A stretch of DNA of 64,000 nucleotides from Octopus vulgaris (lineage: Eukaryota), in contig OX597824.1 of the NCBI GenBank assembly GCA_951406725.2, positions 30,504,001 through 30,568,000 on the forward strand. Direction: 5' to 3'. This document shows positions 1-12,099 of the stretch, piece after piece. Position 1 is the stretch's first letter. Every line of letters starts with the position of its first letter. The notes beneath the pieces are model-generated. The model saw only the letters and a program-made list of their open reading frames with translations, made no database searches and was not told the DNA's origin. The position numbers were made by a program, and so were the translations under genes.

Positions 1-699
1 AGTAGACAAGTGATTGTGATAACTGACTGATAAATAGCAGCTATAATAAACAATACATTTTCATAAACAGCAATAAAATTAAATAAATGTTAAAAAGTTG
101 TATGGTTAAGCCTCAAGGAGTTGTATAAGTTTACATGGATGTGCTATATAAACAATTATGCAACATAATCATCTTATAAGAAGAAATAATAGAAAAAATA
201 TACAACTGAACTTTCAAATTAAAAAGTCTATTCTTTAAAAATTAAAACAAAAGCCTGTTATAATTTCAATAATACTATAATACTTCACAAAAATAATCGC
301 CTTTATTATTAATTAAAGCAGTGAATTCAGCACATCATTGACTAATTGCTTTTGTTGTACATAGTTACACTCCTTTACATCCAGATTTCAAATTCCATTG
401 CCGTCATGTATATGTATGTATGTGTAGCATTCATATACATTTTAGGTCAAAAATCCATTGTATGCAATTGTAGCAGCATTAAATTAAAATAGCCATTTAT
501 TTTGTTTAGGCATGTAGATGCAAGTATACATTATTAACAAGGCCCAAGAAGGCTGGAATGCGTTTGACATTCTCACTAGCCATTGCCAGGATGAGTTTTC
601 ATTTCTTTCCTATATATACTAAATCTGATCAAAAAAGAATCAGGACTGGTGCTATAAAAAAAATGTGAAGGAAATACATGATTACCCAACCTGATAGAA

Positions 700-850
700 A
701 AGCAAGAGAAGGGGGGAGAGAGGGAGAGGAGGGATGGGAGGGAGGGATCAGGAGAGGGAGAGAGGGAGGGATCGGGAGAGGGAGAGAGGGAGGGATCAGG
801 AGAGAGAGAGAGAGAGAGAGTGGGAGACAGCAGGAGAGCAGGAGAGAGGT
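700..850. repeat. Purine-rich (GA/GGGA) low-complexity repeat
   Basis: Tandem GGGAGGGATCAGGAGAGGGAGA-like units plus (GA)n; source of the overlapping ORFs at 576-1069. Confidence 0.9.
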
Positions 851-925
851 GGTGGTAAAGTGCTGGGTGTACTTCCAAGGGACAGGGATCAGAATATAAA
901 TGAGATAGCAAAGGAAGAGAAAGAT

Positions 926-1830
926 ACAGGGGTTGAACCTCTAAACAAATTTATTTTAATATGGGGTAGGACTGCCTTTGGCAGTAATTACAGCTTGAAT
1001 TCTACAAAGTATGGACTCATACAAAGTTTCAATTGTTTCCAAAGGAATTTTTGTCCATTCTTCAGCTAAAACAGTCTCCGGTTCTGGTAGTGATGATGGT
1101 GGAGGATATCGATTCCTTACTTGTTTTTCCAAAATGCACCGTAAATGTTCAATAATGTTCAGATCTGGGAACTGTGGTGGCCAGGTAAGATGTTCAACTT
1201 CACTAGAATCTTCCTTGTGCCATTCAATAACAACTTTAGCTGTGTGAATTGGTTCATCATCATCCTGAAAGATTGTGTTTCGCTCTGGAAACAATTCTGC
1301 AAATACAGTATGAATTTGATCAGATAAAATGCTTAAATAGTCTTGACTATTAATTCTGCCATGAAGAGAAACCATTGGGCTGGCGGATTTCGAAGATATA
1401 GTCCCCCCCACTCCAGATCATCACAGATCCTCCACCATGTTTAACAGTTGGAAGAAAGCAGTCTGGGTCAAATGCTTCTTTTGGCTGTCTCCACACTTAT
1501 ACTCGGCTGGTGGTTAGAAATAAGATAAAGGATGACTCATCCAAGAAAATAATATACTTCCACTACTCTAGGGACCAATTCTGTAGGTTTTTACTCCACT
1601 CTAAACACTTCACAACGTTTGTTTTTGAAAGTAGTGGTTTTCTGACTGCAACCCTCCCATGAAATCCGGCTTTGTGCAGCTCCCGGCAAACAGTTTTGTG
1701 GAAACTGGGTTCTTGACGTGGTCATTAAGCTCTGAAGTAATTTTGGGAGCTGTACTTTTGTGATCCTTTCTAACAATTTGCATAAGAGTCCAACAGTCCC
1801 TATCTGAAAGTTTTGGAAGAGATGTAGTTT
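926..1830 (-). mobile_element. Decayed Tc1-family DNA transposon (DD36E spacing), frameshifted transposase
   Basis: Minus-strand peptides: LSDRD..LMQIVRKDHKSTAPKITSELN (HTH region), IFLDESSF (first D, ~1535-1550), PTVKHGGGSVMIW, FQDDDEPIHTAK...WPPQFPDLNIIEH...RIQAVITAKGSPTPY*. There are 36 residues between the second D and the E. Possible terminus TA|CAGGGGTTG at 924-934. Confidence 0.92.
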
Positions 1831-2171
1831 GGTTTGTTGAAGTAGGGTGTATGAAAAGTTTTATTGTTGCATGTGGGTGGAACACATAGTGCTTCTAGAA
1901 CTCAGTTTCGCTGACATAGGCAGATCTTTTCATGAACCAGATATATTGATCCATTGTCCATATTGCCAGACATCTTGATCCATTGTCATTTCCTCTGTAA
2001 GGCCCAACATCCTGAGATCCTAAGAACTCAACATATATATTAAGTATGATATGCATTAAGTATGAGGGCTATTTAGTATGTTATTTAGCATGATAGCTAT
2101 TTAGGTTGATATTAATTGAATGTAACATCCTTTATAATTTGTAGTTTGTTCTGGGTTACAAATTATCATTA

Positions 2172-2360
2172 CGGTGGACTGGCAGAATCATTAGAGTATC
2201 GCAGTATTTAGTTACAGTCCTTTACATTCTGAGTTCAAATCCCACTCAGGTCAACTTTGATTTTTATCCTTTCAAGGTCAATAAAATTAAGTACCACACA
2301 AGTACTGGGGTTAACATAATTATCAACTGTTACCTCCTTCCAAATTCCTGGCCTCTTTTA
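2172..2360 (+). mobile_element. tRNA-derived SINE (family B, Meta/MESC-like central domain), decayed
   Basis: B-box GAGTTCAAATCCC followed by GGTCAACTTTGATTTTTATCCTTTCAAGGTCAATAAAATTAAGTACC, homologous to the younger copy at 57127-57349. Confidence 0.7.
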
Positions 2361-3049
2361 ATAATAATTATTATCATTGCTAAAGCCTGAATCATGATCA
2401 CTGTAATTACTCTGTAGGCTTGTTATATTTCATGTCAACTTCACTCATTTAAACAATTTATTTTTCCGTTAATGTGCTCGATCTTGATAAAGATCTAACA
2501 GTGGTGTGGCACTTTGTTTATCTAATTCTTTCGGCACACTTTTTTTACAATGTAAAAACTACTCATGCAAAAAATATTTTAATATAGCATCATTTACTTT
2601 TACTAACAAGAAAGCGTGGGAAAGGCAAGAAAAAAATTCAGAACAGGAAAGCATTAGAGCACCTCCATTTCAATAATGGAGATGGCGAAGCATGCAGCTT
2701 CTGTTTCACAGCAACAGTCTGGTATAATGACTGCAAGATAACTGCCATCAACATCAATTGTGTCAAAGATGCAGAAGATAGTGAGAATGATGACAGCTAA
2801 AAAAAAAAAAAAAAGTAGAACTTTGACATCTTCAACACCTCCACTACCACCAAGTACAACACAGTACCATAACTATTGTAGTGACCAGCAATAGCAACAG
2901 CGAATATCAATAGCAGCAATAATAATGCCAGTGTTGACAACATGAATGTCAATAGCAATAGCAACAGAATCCTTAAAAGAAGTTCATTTATGAATATAAC
3001 AGAGTCCTTACTCAGGTAAGCAAAGGACTAAATGTCAGAAGTATGGGAG

Positions 3050-3560
3050 GAATATCAGGGGGAAAGAAGTGGAGCTATTTAAAGAGGAGACAAGTGTTTT
3101 GTTAAGAAGCTCCAAATAATGCAGTATTCATGGCACCTCAGTTGGTACGAGGCACTGTATGACACAAAAAAAAAGGAAGACATTAAAATATTGTGTGGCT
3201 CATCCATCATCTTAAATTCTTCTAGCACAATGCATATGTTAGATGAATTCACCTTTTTTTCTGCCATTCATGGGATAGGTGAATGCCAAAGGTCATACTA
3301 TCAATGATCAGAGTTGAACCTGGAGCAGCTAGTAATTGTAGAAGAGTATGACATGATCTACACCTCATACACCTACAAAGCAAACTGGTCAAGGATAATC
3401 CTGCAAGCACTGATATTAACAACAACAACAGGCATGGATCTGACCCATTTGCTTTAAAACTGGGAATTTGGTTTGCATTATGGTGGAGAAAATGAAGCTC
3501 AAATGCTACAAGTGTAGGAGCATGAACCACCTGAATGCTTTTAACCTAGTTGTGAAGAAA
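3050..3560 (+). mobile_element. Non-LTR retrotransposon ORF1 relic (gag-like zinc knuckle, L1/Tx1-like)
   Basis: Plus frame near 3445-3545 reads PICFKTGNLVCIMVEKMKLKCYKCRSMNHLNAF (CX2CX4H, last Cys lost). Left boundary is a guess. Confidence 0.5.
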
Positions 3561-3900
3561 AAAAATTGCCTTTCCCCCAGCTGTCAGCATTCATAAGACA
3601 AAAACGGTAGCCAAAATAACAAAAGCAGCAATATACTGCAATCAGTAATGGTAAAAACACCAGCTGCAATTGTGACACCAAGCACAGCAGCAACATTGTG
3701 AAGGACTAACCATAAAGCACCACTAATAACTAAAAGGATGTTACATCAAACTAGGACCATTCCAACAAAAAATGCAAACAACACAAATACAGACACAAAT
3801 GTATGAAATATAAGGACTTGCACAGACATGCTAGTGCCCTTCTCAGTCCCCTATTTTTTCCCCTACAGCTCTCTGTCAAATAATGAACAGAAGAGGAGAC

Positions 3901-4450
3901 ATCATCATCATTTAACATCCGTTGTCCATGCTGGCATGGGTTTGACAGTTTGGCCAGGGTTGGTAAGCTGAGGGGCTGCTCCAGACTCTAATCTGATTTA
4001 GCATGGTTTCTACAGTTGGATGCCCTTCCTAACACCAAACACTCAGAGTGTAACGGGTGCATTTATGTGCCACTGGCACAGGTACCAGTTGCATGACAGC
4101 AGTATCTGCCACAGCTGCAATTTCACTTGGCTTGATGGGTCTTCTCAAGCACAGCATATTGCCAAAGGTCTCAGTCATTTGTCACCGCCTCTGTGAGGCC
4201 CAACACTCAAAAGGTGCTTTTTATGTGTCACCAGCACAGGTGCTAGTGATGCAACACCAGAATTGTCATGACTACAATTTCATTTGATTTGACAGATTTT
4301 CTCAAGCAAGGCATATCACCAAAGGTCTTGGTCACTAGTATTGGCTTTGTATGGCCCAACATTCAAAGATCATGCCTCACCTCCTTATCCCATGTCTACC
4401 ACAGTTTCCCTCCACAGTTAAAGATAAGCATTTCTTTACACAGCTGTCCT
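3901..4450 (-). mobile_element. RTE-clade LINE 3' end
   Basis: (CAT)n tail + TTTAACATCCGTTGTCCATGCTGGCATGGG...GGATGCCCTTCCTAAC; homologous to 60946-61650 and 14120-15335. Confidence 0.85.
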
Positions 4451-4451
4451 T

Positions 4452-4642
4452 GTTTCAGCCATTGGACTGTAACTATGCTGGGACATCACCTTGAAAAATT
4501 TATAGTCAAATGAATTGGCCCCAGTACTTTTCTTTTTAAGTACTTGCCTTATCAATCACTTTTGCTAAACTACTAAGTTACAGGGACATAAACACACCAA
4601 CACTGGTTGTTAAGCAGTGGTGGGGAGACAAACACACACAGG

Positions 4643-4706
<64 letters not shown>

Positions 4707-4860
4707 AGGCATCTTTCAGTTTCTGTCTACCAAATCCACTCACAGGGTTTTGGTTGGTGCAAAGCTTATAAAAGACAAGCCCAAGATGACACACAGTGGG
4801 ACTGAACACAGAACCATGTAGTTTGGAAACAAGCTTCTTACCACAAATCCACGCCTGCAC
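4452..4860 (-). mobile_element. tRNA-derived SINE (family A) with internal (CA)n
   Basis: Reverse complement of the family at 55292-55700 (…GGATTTGGTAGACAGAAACTGAAAGA…, CCCAGCATAGTTACAGTCCAATGGCTGAAAC). Confidence 0.85.
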
Positions 4861-5643
4861 CTTGATGACAAAAAACTATCATGCAAGTTGAAGGCCAGCA
4901 GCTTTCACAAAAACATGAACCCACAAGCCATCCCACTTACCACCACCACCAAAACAATAACATCAATAATAAAAACGAATTAAAACCCACAAACACAACA
5001 GCAGCCACAGTAAAATCCACTAAGGAGATAACAGCAACAGTAAGGAATGAACATCACAACATTCCACTTTCCTTTTCTTAAAAATCAACATGAGTTTACA
5101 CATGCTACAAAGGAAATCATACTATAAAGACAGAGAGGGTGTAGAAGGCTGATAAAGAAAATAAGAAGCTTGGAAACTGAAGGATTAAGTTTAATGTATA
5201 AACACATAAAAAGGAAAGGATTTCCTTGTGATGATGATTAATGGAATAATGTAATGTTCATAATGTTTAATGACACATTGAATAAGGGAACTACAGTGTG
5301 GTTAAAAGGCAGAAAGATGAGCTACATTAGATTGCATCAAATTGAAATGGGTTGACACTGATCAATTTTGAAGAGGGAAGTCTTTTGTGTAACAGTTTAA
5401 TACTGGTTTCAGCTCCTCTCATGATACAGAAATTGAACATGAAACCAATCCACAATGATCATAGTAGAACATAACCAGTTAGGTTTATTGTGTAGTTATC
5501 AGAATGCTATATCAATATTTGTTTGATTAGATGTTGGAAGCAAACATTTGACATTGCTTGCTATTATAATGAAATGAATTTATAGTGAGTAACTTAGTTA
5601 AAACAGATTCCAATATACTCATGTTCCAACAACAGAAGCAGTA

Positions 5644-6051
5644 CAGTTCTATATTTAAGAGATGAAGAATTATGTACATTATTTACATTTGACGAATATT
5701 TGTCCTCATCTTGTTTGTTGTTAACACATTTTGGCTGATATACCCTCCAGCCTTCGTCAGGTGTCTTGGGGAAATTTTGAACCTGTGTTCTCATTCCTAA
5801 GGTATTTTTCAATATTATTATTATTATCATTATTAATATTATTATCATTATTATTATTTAGGTCACTGCCTGAATAATAATAATAATATTAATAATAATA
5901 ATAATAATAATATCAAAAAATACTTTAGGAATGAGAACCCAGGTTCGAAATTTCCCCAAGACACCTGATGAAGGCTGGAGGGTATATCAGCCGAAACATT
6001 GTGTTAACAACAAACAAGATGAGGACAAATATCCGTCAAATGTAAATAATG
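5644..6051. mobile_element. Penelope-like non-autonomous element inserted as an inverted pair, each arm with a hammerhead motif
   Basis: Minus arm 5644-~5873 and plus arm ~5869-6051 are inverted copies around (AAT)n. Imperfect 13-bp TSD: AACAGAAGCAGTA (5631-5643) / AACAAAAGTAGTA (6052-6064). Confidence 0.8.
5960..6005 (+). ncRNA. Type I minimal hammerhead ribozyme motif (PLE-type)
   Basis: GACAC-CTGATGA(5965-5971)-A-GGCTG..CAGCC-GAAA(5993-5996)-C-ATT-GTGTT. Stem I is GACAC/GTGTT and stem II is GGCTG/CAGCC. Stem III ACAT is probably a CpG-decayed ACGT. Confidence 0.7.
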
Positions 6052-6339
6052 AACAAAAGTAGTAGTTTATACTTTCAAGTCAAGAATACCATACTCTGTA
6101 TACAACAGGTGTAATAGTAGTACTAGATAACAGCAGCACCAGTTGAAGTAGTCTGTCAGATCTAACTTATGAGAAATTCTGAAAGAATTAATTGCATTCA
6201 AAATCTTCAACATTAGCCTATTTGGAATTGTTTATAACTTGTGCTAATATTTTCTTATTCTTTTCATCATGAAGAAAAAAACGAATCAACACAAAATATT
6301 AAGCTATATTTGTTGACATGAAAATTTTATGTAAACTTC

Positions 6340-6442
6340 ATGGCACAAGCATGGCTGTGTGATAAGAAGTTTGCTTCCTTACCATATGGGCTGAACAAAG
6401 TCCTGTGAGTAGATTTGGTAGATGGAAACTGAAAGTAGCCCG

Positions 6443-6491
<49 letters not shown>

Positions 6492-6854
6492 TGTGTGTAT
6501 GTGCATTTTCCCTCACCCACTGCTTGGCAACAAATGTTGGTGGGTTTTATGTTCCTATAACTTAGCAGTTAGACAAAAGAGACTAATAGTATATGTACCA
6601 AACCAAGTGTAATCATAGTTGTGGCTGATGTTGGTGTCAAGTAACTGGCACCTGTGCCAATAACATGTAAAAAGCATCCACCACACTCTTGGAGTGGTTG
6701 GTATTAGAAAGGCATCCAGCTGCAGAAATCACGCTGCAACCCAGTGCAGCTCTCTGCTTACCAGTTTCAGCCAAACCATCCCACCCATGCCAGCATGGAA
6801 AGCAGACATTAAATGATGATGTATGTTTGTATTGATGCATGTGTGTGTATAAAA

Positions 6855-6895
<41 letters not shown>

Positions 6896-7030
6896 TGTAT
6901 GGATGTCTGCATGTATACACTTATATGTACCAGTACTTTAAAATTAAGTACTGGGGTTGAGTCATATGACTAAAATTCTTCAAGGCAGCGTCCCAGCATG
7001 GCCACAGTTAAATGACTGACAGATAAAAGA
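6340..7030 (+). mobile_element. SINE family A interrupted by an RTE 3' tail (~6605-6822) and (TA)n
   Basis: Head GCATGGCTGTGTGATAAGAAGTTTGC, body GATTTGGTAGATGGAAACTGAAAG and (GT)n; the SINE resumes at ~6927 (GTACCAG…CCCAGCATGGCCACAG). Confidence 0.8.
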
Positions 7031-7129
7031 AACGTTAACTGACTAATACACCAGGTTTTAGATGATAAAAATACAAGTAACTGAGCTGCTATGTGCTAGT
7101 AATTATTTCTAACGTAAGTACATTATATC

Positions 7130-7650
7130 AAAGCCCAGTGTTAGACTAGGACTTATTTTATTGATCCTGGAAAGATGAAAGGCAAAGTTAATATCTTGGA
7201 GACTTGAACCCAAAACAATAAAGAGGTGAAATTAAATAATGGCTTCAAATTTTGGTACATGGCCAGCAAGTTCTTGGGGTAAGGGAATACTTGATTACAA
7301 TGACCCTTAAACCCTGAAAGGGTGAAAGGCAAAGTCAACCTCAGTGGAATTTGAACTCAAAATGTTTCTGAAAGAAATGCCAATAAGCATTTTGTCTAAC
7401 ATGCTTCCAAACTTGCCAGCTTGCCAAGACTAAATAACACTGCCATTCTGCCACCCATGCTTTTGATATTGGTTTCAGATTTTGGTACAAGGTCAGCAAT
7501 TTTGAGGGAAGGGGGAAAGTTGATTACATTGACTCCAGTGCACAACTGGTACTTATTTTATCAAACCCCAAAAGTTGACCTCGGCATAAGGACAAACAAA
7601 ATTATGCTAAGCATTTTGCCGGTGTGCTAATGATTCCGCCAGCTCACCAC
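7130..7650 (-). mobile_element. Tandem cluster of about 3 family-B SINE fragments
   Basis: Repeated GAAAGG(A/G)TGAAAGGCAAAGT…GGAATTTGAACTC and TTTTGGTACA.GG.CAGCAA motifs. Confidence 0.7.
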
Positions 7651-7719
7651 CGTAACCTTTGCTTTTAATATTAAAATCTAACTAGATTATATAAACAGAA
7701 AAAACAAAATGCTAATAGT

Positions 7720-7755
<36 letters not shown>

Positions 7756-9577
7756 GGACTCATATGAATATAAATATCAAAATACAACTGAATTTTAGAT
7801 TGAATTTTTTTTTCCAGAAGAGTAGATGAAGTAGCATCCAGCATTAGGGTGGGCATGAATTTTCTTAAACAGAATTGAGAATGTGCATAAAACAGATATA
7901 CAAAAACAAATAAAAAGACCTCACACGCATGTTCAATTCACTTTCTCATTTACTAGTAAACAAATCTTTAGAAACTGTAAACAAATATCAAGAGCAATTT
8001 TACAAAAGCTGTTGCATCATCATGAAGAAGATCTGTGTCAATCAATTCAGGACTTTCTTTAAATCTGCCAATTTTTCAATTGTGACACTGTGAGGTGTAA
8101 CAAAATACATTATTACGAAAGAAATTATCCACGAAGTGTTAAATAACAAAATTAAGGGACCATTATCAAAATATAAATATGAATAGATGTGGAATATTAC
8201 TATTATTATCTGAAATTCACCAATATAATTAGTAATATGAAATTTAATACAGCAATAATATAATTATTTGATATTTTTACAATGTTTCCAATAAATAAGA
8301 AGAAAATATCAAAGTTTATAGATTATTGCACACAAATATATGAGAGAAAAAGTTGACAAAAATATGAAATTTGAGCCAAGGTGAAAATTTAGATGTAAAA
8401 GATCAAACTGTCAAAGAAATGTTAGCTACCTTAGATCACAAGGGAGTCAAAGCTAAATAAAGTACAAATATTGGGGGTGATTCTTCTTCTTCTTCTCTCT
8501 CTCTCTCTGAATGGTTGATAGAAGGTCATGGAAGACCTCTCATATAATGCCTCAACTAAACGGTAGGTAACAAAAAACACTATCCAACAAAATCAAAGAT
8601 TGCAGATGTGGACAGACAGACCAATCTGAAGCACAGTAAGAAGTGAACAAAGAAAAAAAAAAAAGCCAGAATTAGACAAGACTAGACTTTGAAATATAGA
8701 GTGAACCATGGTGATATGCTTTAAAAATAATACATAATGAACTGCCATGTAACAAAGGGTTACATAATACTGATTTTTTTAAAAATCTACACACTGGACT
8801 TTTGTCACATGCTTCCACTGATATTGAGTGTGTATGAAAGTATGCATTAGTTTATAAACAGATAAGACACATGTGTAGCTGTTTAGGTGCAGGTGTAACA
8901 GTGTAGGCACAGGTATGATTGTGTTAAAGCATCAGTGTGGATGTGTGAATCAAAAACTTGTTTCCCAACCATGTGGTAGGTTCAGTTATATTATGCAGTA
9001 CTATAGAATTGGGTCAGCAAAAGCATTGAGTAGATTTGGTTAGCAGAAACTGAAAGAAGCTTCCTGTATACATGTACATATGTATGTATGTGTTTGGTGG
9101 CTGTAAACAAGCATCACTCTTGTGCAAGTGATTATGTTTCAAGTCTTCTTTGGAAAACATGCCTGACCAAGCAAAAATTTTCACCTGTTTCCAAGTAAGG
9201 AAAATAACCTCGTTTGGAAACAGGTGAAGGTTGGCAAAAATAAGGGCATCCACCCATAGAAAATTTGCCTCAACAAATTCCATGTTGTCTGTGCAAGCAT
9301 GGAAAAACAGACATTAAAACATTGACAATGACAACAACTCACAAAATTAATATGCATCTGAAAATAGCACCCAACAGTCAGTGTTAGGTTATATCTGAAG
9401 TTTAATAATTTCACCAATTTGACCAGTAAATTGGACAAAATTTGCATGTTGTTTGGACAAAAGGCCAAGAACATGCAGTTTATCCAGGATTCAAAATCTA
9501 AGCAAAATTATCCAAATAGCATCTCACAAGCCTAAACATATTGAAACCGTATTTTAGTAGGGTTCTGAGAGCTCCTA

Positions 9578-10119
9578 TGGGGTGAGGCAGAGAGGACAAA
9601 CGTTTTTGAAATAGCTATTACTCAGCCCCAGGAAGAGGGACATATGTCCGACAGGTACCATTCGGTCCATGGTGTCTTAGCATTTGTTTTTCTTTTCAGG
9701 TGAAGCCATAGAACTGTGGACAATAGAGCATCGCATGTTTGCCTATGACAGTTACGTGAAGAATAATGAGTCTGTCACAGCAGTTCAGCGTGAGTTTCAG
9801 TGCCATTTCAACATTCATCGAAATCAGGCTATTCCCACCCATAACACAATCTTATGTTGGGTGAATGGCACTTCATATATGAGGTAGACTAATGATCTGC
9901 AGACCGGTGGGAACACCATGAATGGTACAGACTCCGGAACGCCTTCAGAAATGCATCAATGAAAATGGACACCACATAATGGATGTTGTTTTCAACACTT
10001 GATTTTGACAAATGCTAATTCAATACGAACACATTGATGTCAATAAAATTTGTTTGCAGCTAAAATTAATGATTTAAAAAAATTTTTTCAAAAACCTCCA
10101 TACTCTCTACCCCACCCTA
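9578..10119 (+). mobile_element. Internally deleted Tc1/mariner-superfamily element (DUF4817-type HTH N-terminus)
   Basis: Imperfect ~35-bp TIRs (TA|TGGGGTGAGGCAGAGAGG..GTTTTTGAAA vs TTTCAAAAAC..CTCTCTACCCCACCCT). Peptide WTIEHRMFAYDSYVKNNESVTAVQREFQCHFNIHRNQAIPTHNTILCWV is followed closely by the C-terminal QKCINENGHHIMDVVFNT*. Confidence 0.8.
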
Positions 10120-10369
10120 CATAAGCCAATGGCCTAGTTTTCAGCTGAATTGGTCAAAGACTAAGGATATTTCAACCTTAGAAGCAAAACCTAAAGTAGA
10201 ATCTAGAAACTTCAAAGGAACTTAGCATCAACTAAAGTTTACTAAATTTTAGTTAACAATAAAAGTGCTTAATATTCAGAAAAGGAGTAGGGAGAAATTC
10301 TATAATGTGTATTCTTTATAAACTATGAATGTACAGTAGTTAACAGTAAGAATACATGAGTGATAAATT

Positions 10370-10745
10370 ATGTCAAATGCTTAGAAGGCATCAAATGCTT
10401 GAAAGACTCCACAGAAGCAGTTGAATGGTATTATCACCTAAGTGACCTAATTAGCAGTGGAGATGGGTGTTCCAAAAGCATAACTACCAAAGTTAGAACA
10501 GGATGGAAAAAGTTCAGGGAACTTGTTACTTTTGCTATAATAGAATTTCTATTTCTGAGAGGATAAGAGATTGTATGGTACACATGTATGAAGTGCAATG
10601 CTGCATCATAGCAAGATATGAATGTAGAGGAATTTGCAAAGGCTAGAAGAAATGAAATAAGCATGCTCTGCTAGATATGTAATGTTAATGTGCACAAATG
10701 ACAGAGCACAAATGAACTGAACAAAAATCTGTCTATAAGAATCAT
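10370..10745 (+). mobile_element. RTE LINE ORF2 relic (post-RT region)
   Basis: YHLSDLISSGDGCSKSITTKVRTGWKKFREL; homologous to 15620-16185 and 41100-41720. Confidence 0.75.
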
Positions 10746-10880
10746 TTAATTATTTGACCAAGCCACTAATCTATAAATTTGTGCATATATCTAACTACAT
10801 AAAATGACAACCATAAGTATACATCATTAACAAACTTAACACCTTTCAATAAAGCAATCATGTCCCAATATCCCATTCAC

Positions 10881-11018
10881 CTTCTCTAAAACTTTATCTT
10901 TGTTCTTATTTTTTTTGTTCTCCTTTTTAGTAATTACACCTTCGTTTTTCTCATTATATCGCTCCAAATCATTAGATTTACACTGTGGTAAGCCTAGCAG
11001 AAACCTATTATCTACTAG
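10881..11018 (-). CDS. Candidate internal exon of an unidentified host gene (138 nt, phase 0/0)
   Basis: Branch-like CTAAT, polypyrimidine tract and TTCAG acceptor; open frame LVDNRFLLGLPQCKSNDLERYNEKNEGVITKKENKKNKNKDKVLEK; donor AAG|GTGAAT. No homology recognised. Confidence 0.4.
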
Positions 11019-11118
11019 CTGAAGCAAATAACGTAAGAAAAAATGATTAGCTAATCTAAAAGGAATTATCCAGCAAATTAGAGTATACTGACATTTCAAG
11101 CAGAGTTTAACTCTTTAC

Positions 11119-11149
11119 CTGCACTGGTAGGAAATGCTGCTTCATTTGA
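11119..11149 (-). CDS. Candidate 31-nt exon ((S)QMKQHFLPVQ) upstream of the 138-nt exon
   Basis: Acceptor CTAAT…TGCAG|, donor CAG|GTAAAG. The 100-nt intron (11118-11019) joins it in frame to 11018-10881. Confidence 0.35.
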
Positions 11150-12099
11150 CTGCATTACAAGCCAAATACATTAGCAGTCCCAACCAAATAACATCCTATT
11201 AATATGAAATAAAAATGAAACTAAACTGATCACAATGCAATCTAACATGGTAGAGCAGCTGCCAGAAAGTTTTGTTGCAATAAAGAACACTTCCTGATTT
11301 CAAATTAAAAGTAAGATGCCAAGTGACTGATGAATGAAATCATGATTATATTTTGGTTCTGATCAGTAAAAAAAAAATAAAATAAAATAAAATAAAAAGG
11401 TAGCTGTCAAAACAGAAACTTTGAGCAAGCAGTATGCTATTATAAACCACTTTGTTTCTACACTAACTGTGAATGCTAAAAGCGTCTATTGCATAATAAA
11501 TCTAGTCTGTCAGGAATCTTTACATATAAACATTTAAGATCAATGATGTTTAAACAAATTACTACAAAATAAAGTAAAATTGTTCACAGTACTTTTCAAA
11601 GAGGTTTAGAAACTAAACTTTTTGAACAAAATTTTTTTATTTTGATTAATGTTAAAGTTTAAAATAGAAAGCAATATGGTGAGATTTGTAGAACAACCAA
11701 TAAAGCTCCAAGCGAGTTAAGTTCAGTACAGGATTTCAACATGAAAGCTATTTCACTTCACTTAGACTCCTTGTGCCTATTGTAAAGAAACAAGAGTCAC
11801 ATTTTTTTTACAGTTAAATAGAGCCTTGTAAGTGTCAACAGAAACTACTTAAAGAAAGACTAAATTAAAGAATATGTACTACATTCATCAACAATGTAAA
11901 TTATAGGTGGTCCAAGATGTATACACATTAGTGAAACAAAAACAGTATGGACAGTGGAGATATTAGTTGGTAAATAACAGTATTAACTATATGCAAAGAG
12001 AGAGAAAGAGTAGACGTGAATATGTGTGTTTCTATATAGGAGATGTATCTCTGTGAGACACTCTTAAGCTTATAGTGTGCATGATGGATTAACAGAGAA

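Noticed and set aside
576-1069. Three overlapping ORFs (PSLS / ERER / GREG repeats)
   Set aside because: GA-rich low-complexity DNA plus the antisense of the Tc1 relic.
2885-3021. Asn/Ser-rich open frame ending at CAG|GTAAGC
   Set aside because: Upstream in-frame stops, no convincing acceptor, and low-complexity trinucleotide-like sequence.
5594-5848. Similar ORFs (…PDEGWR..QPKC..NKQDED.Y.SNVNNV) at 5594, 14260 and 14646 suggesting a small protein family
   Set aside because: The similarity reflects the shared repeat; 'PDEG' is simply the hammerhead core CCTGATGAAGG translated.
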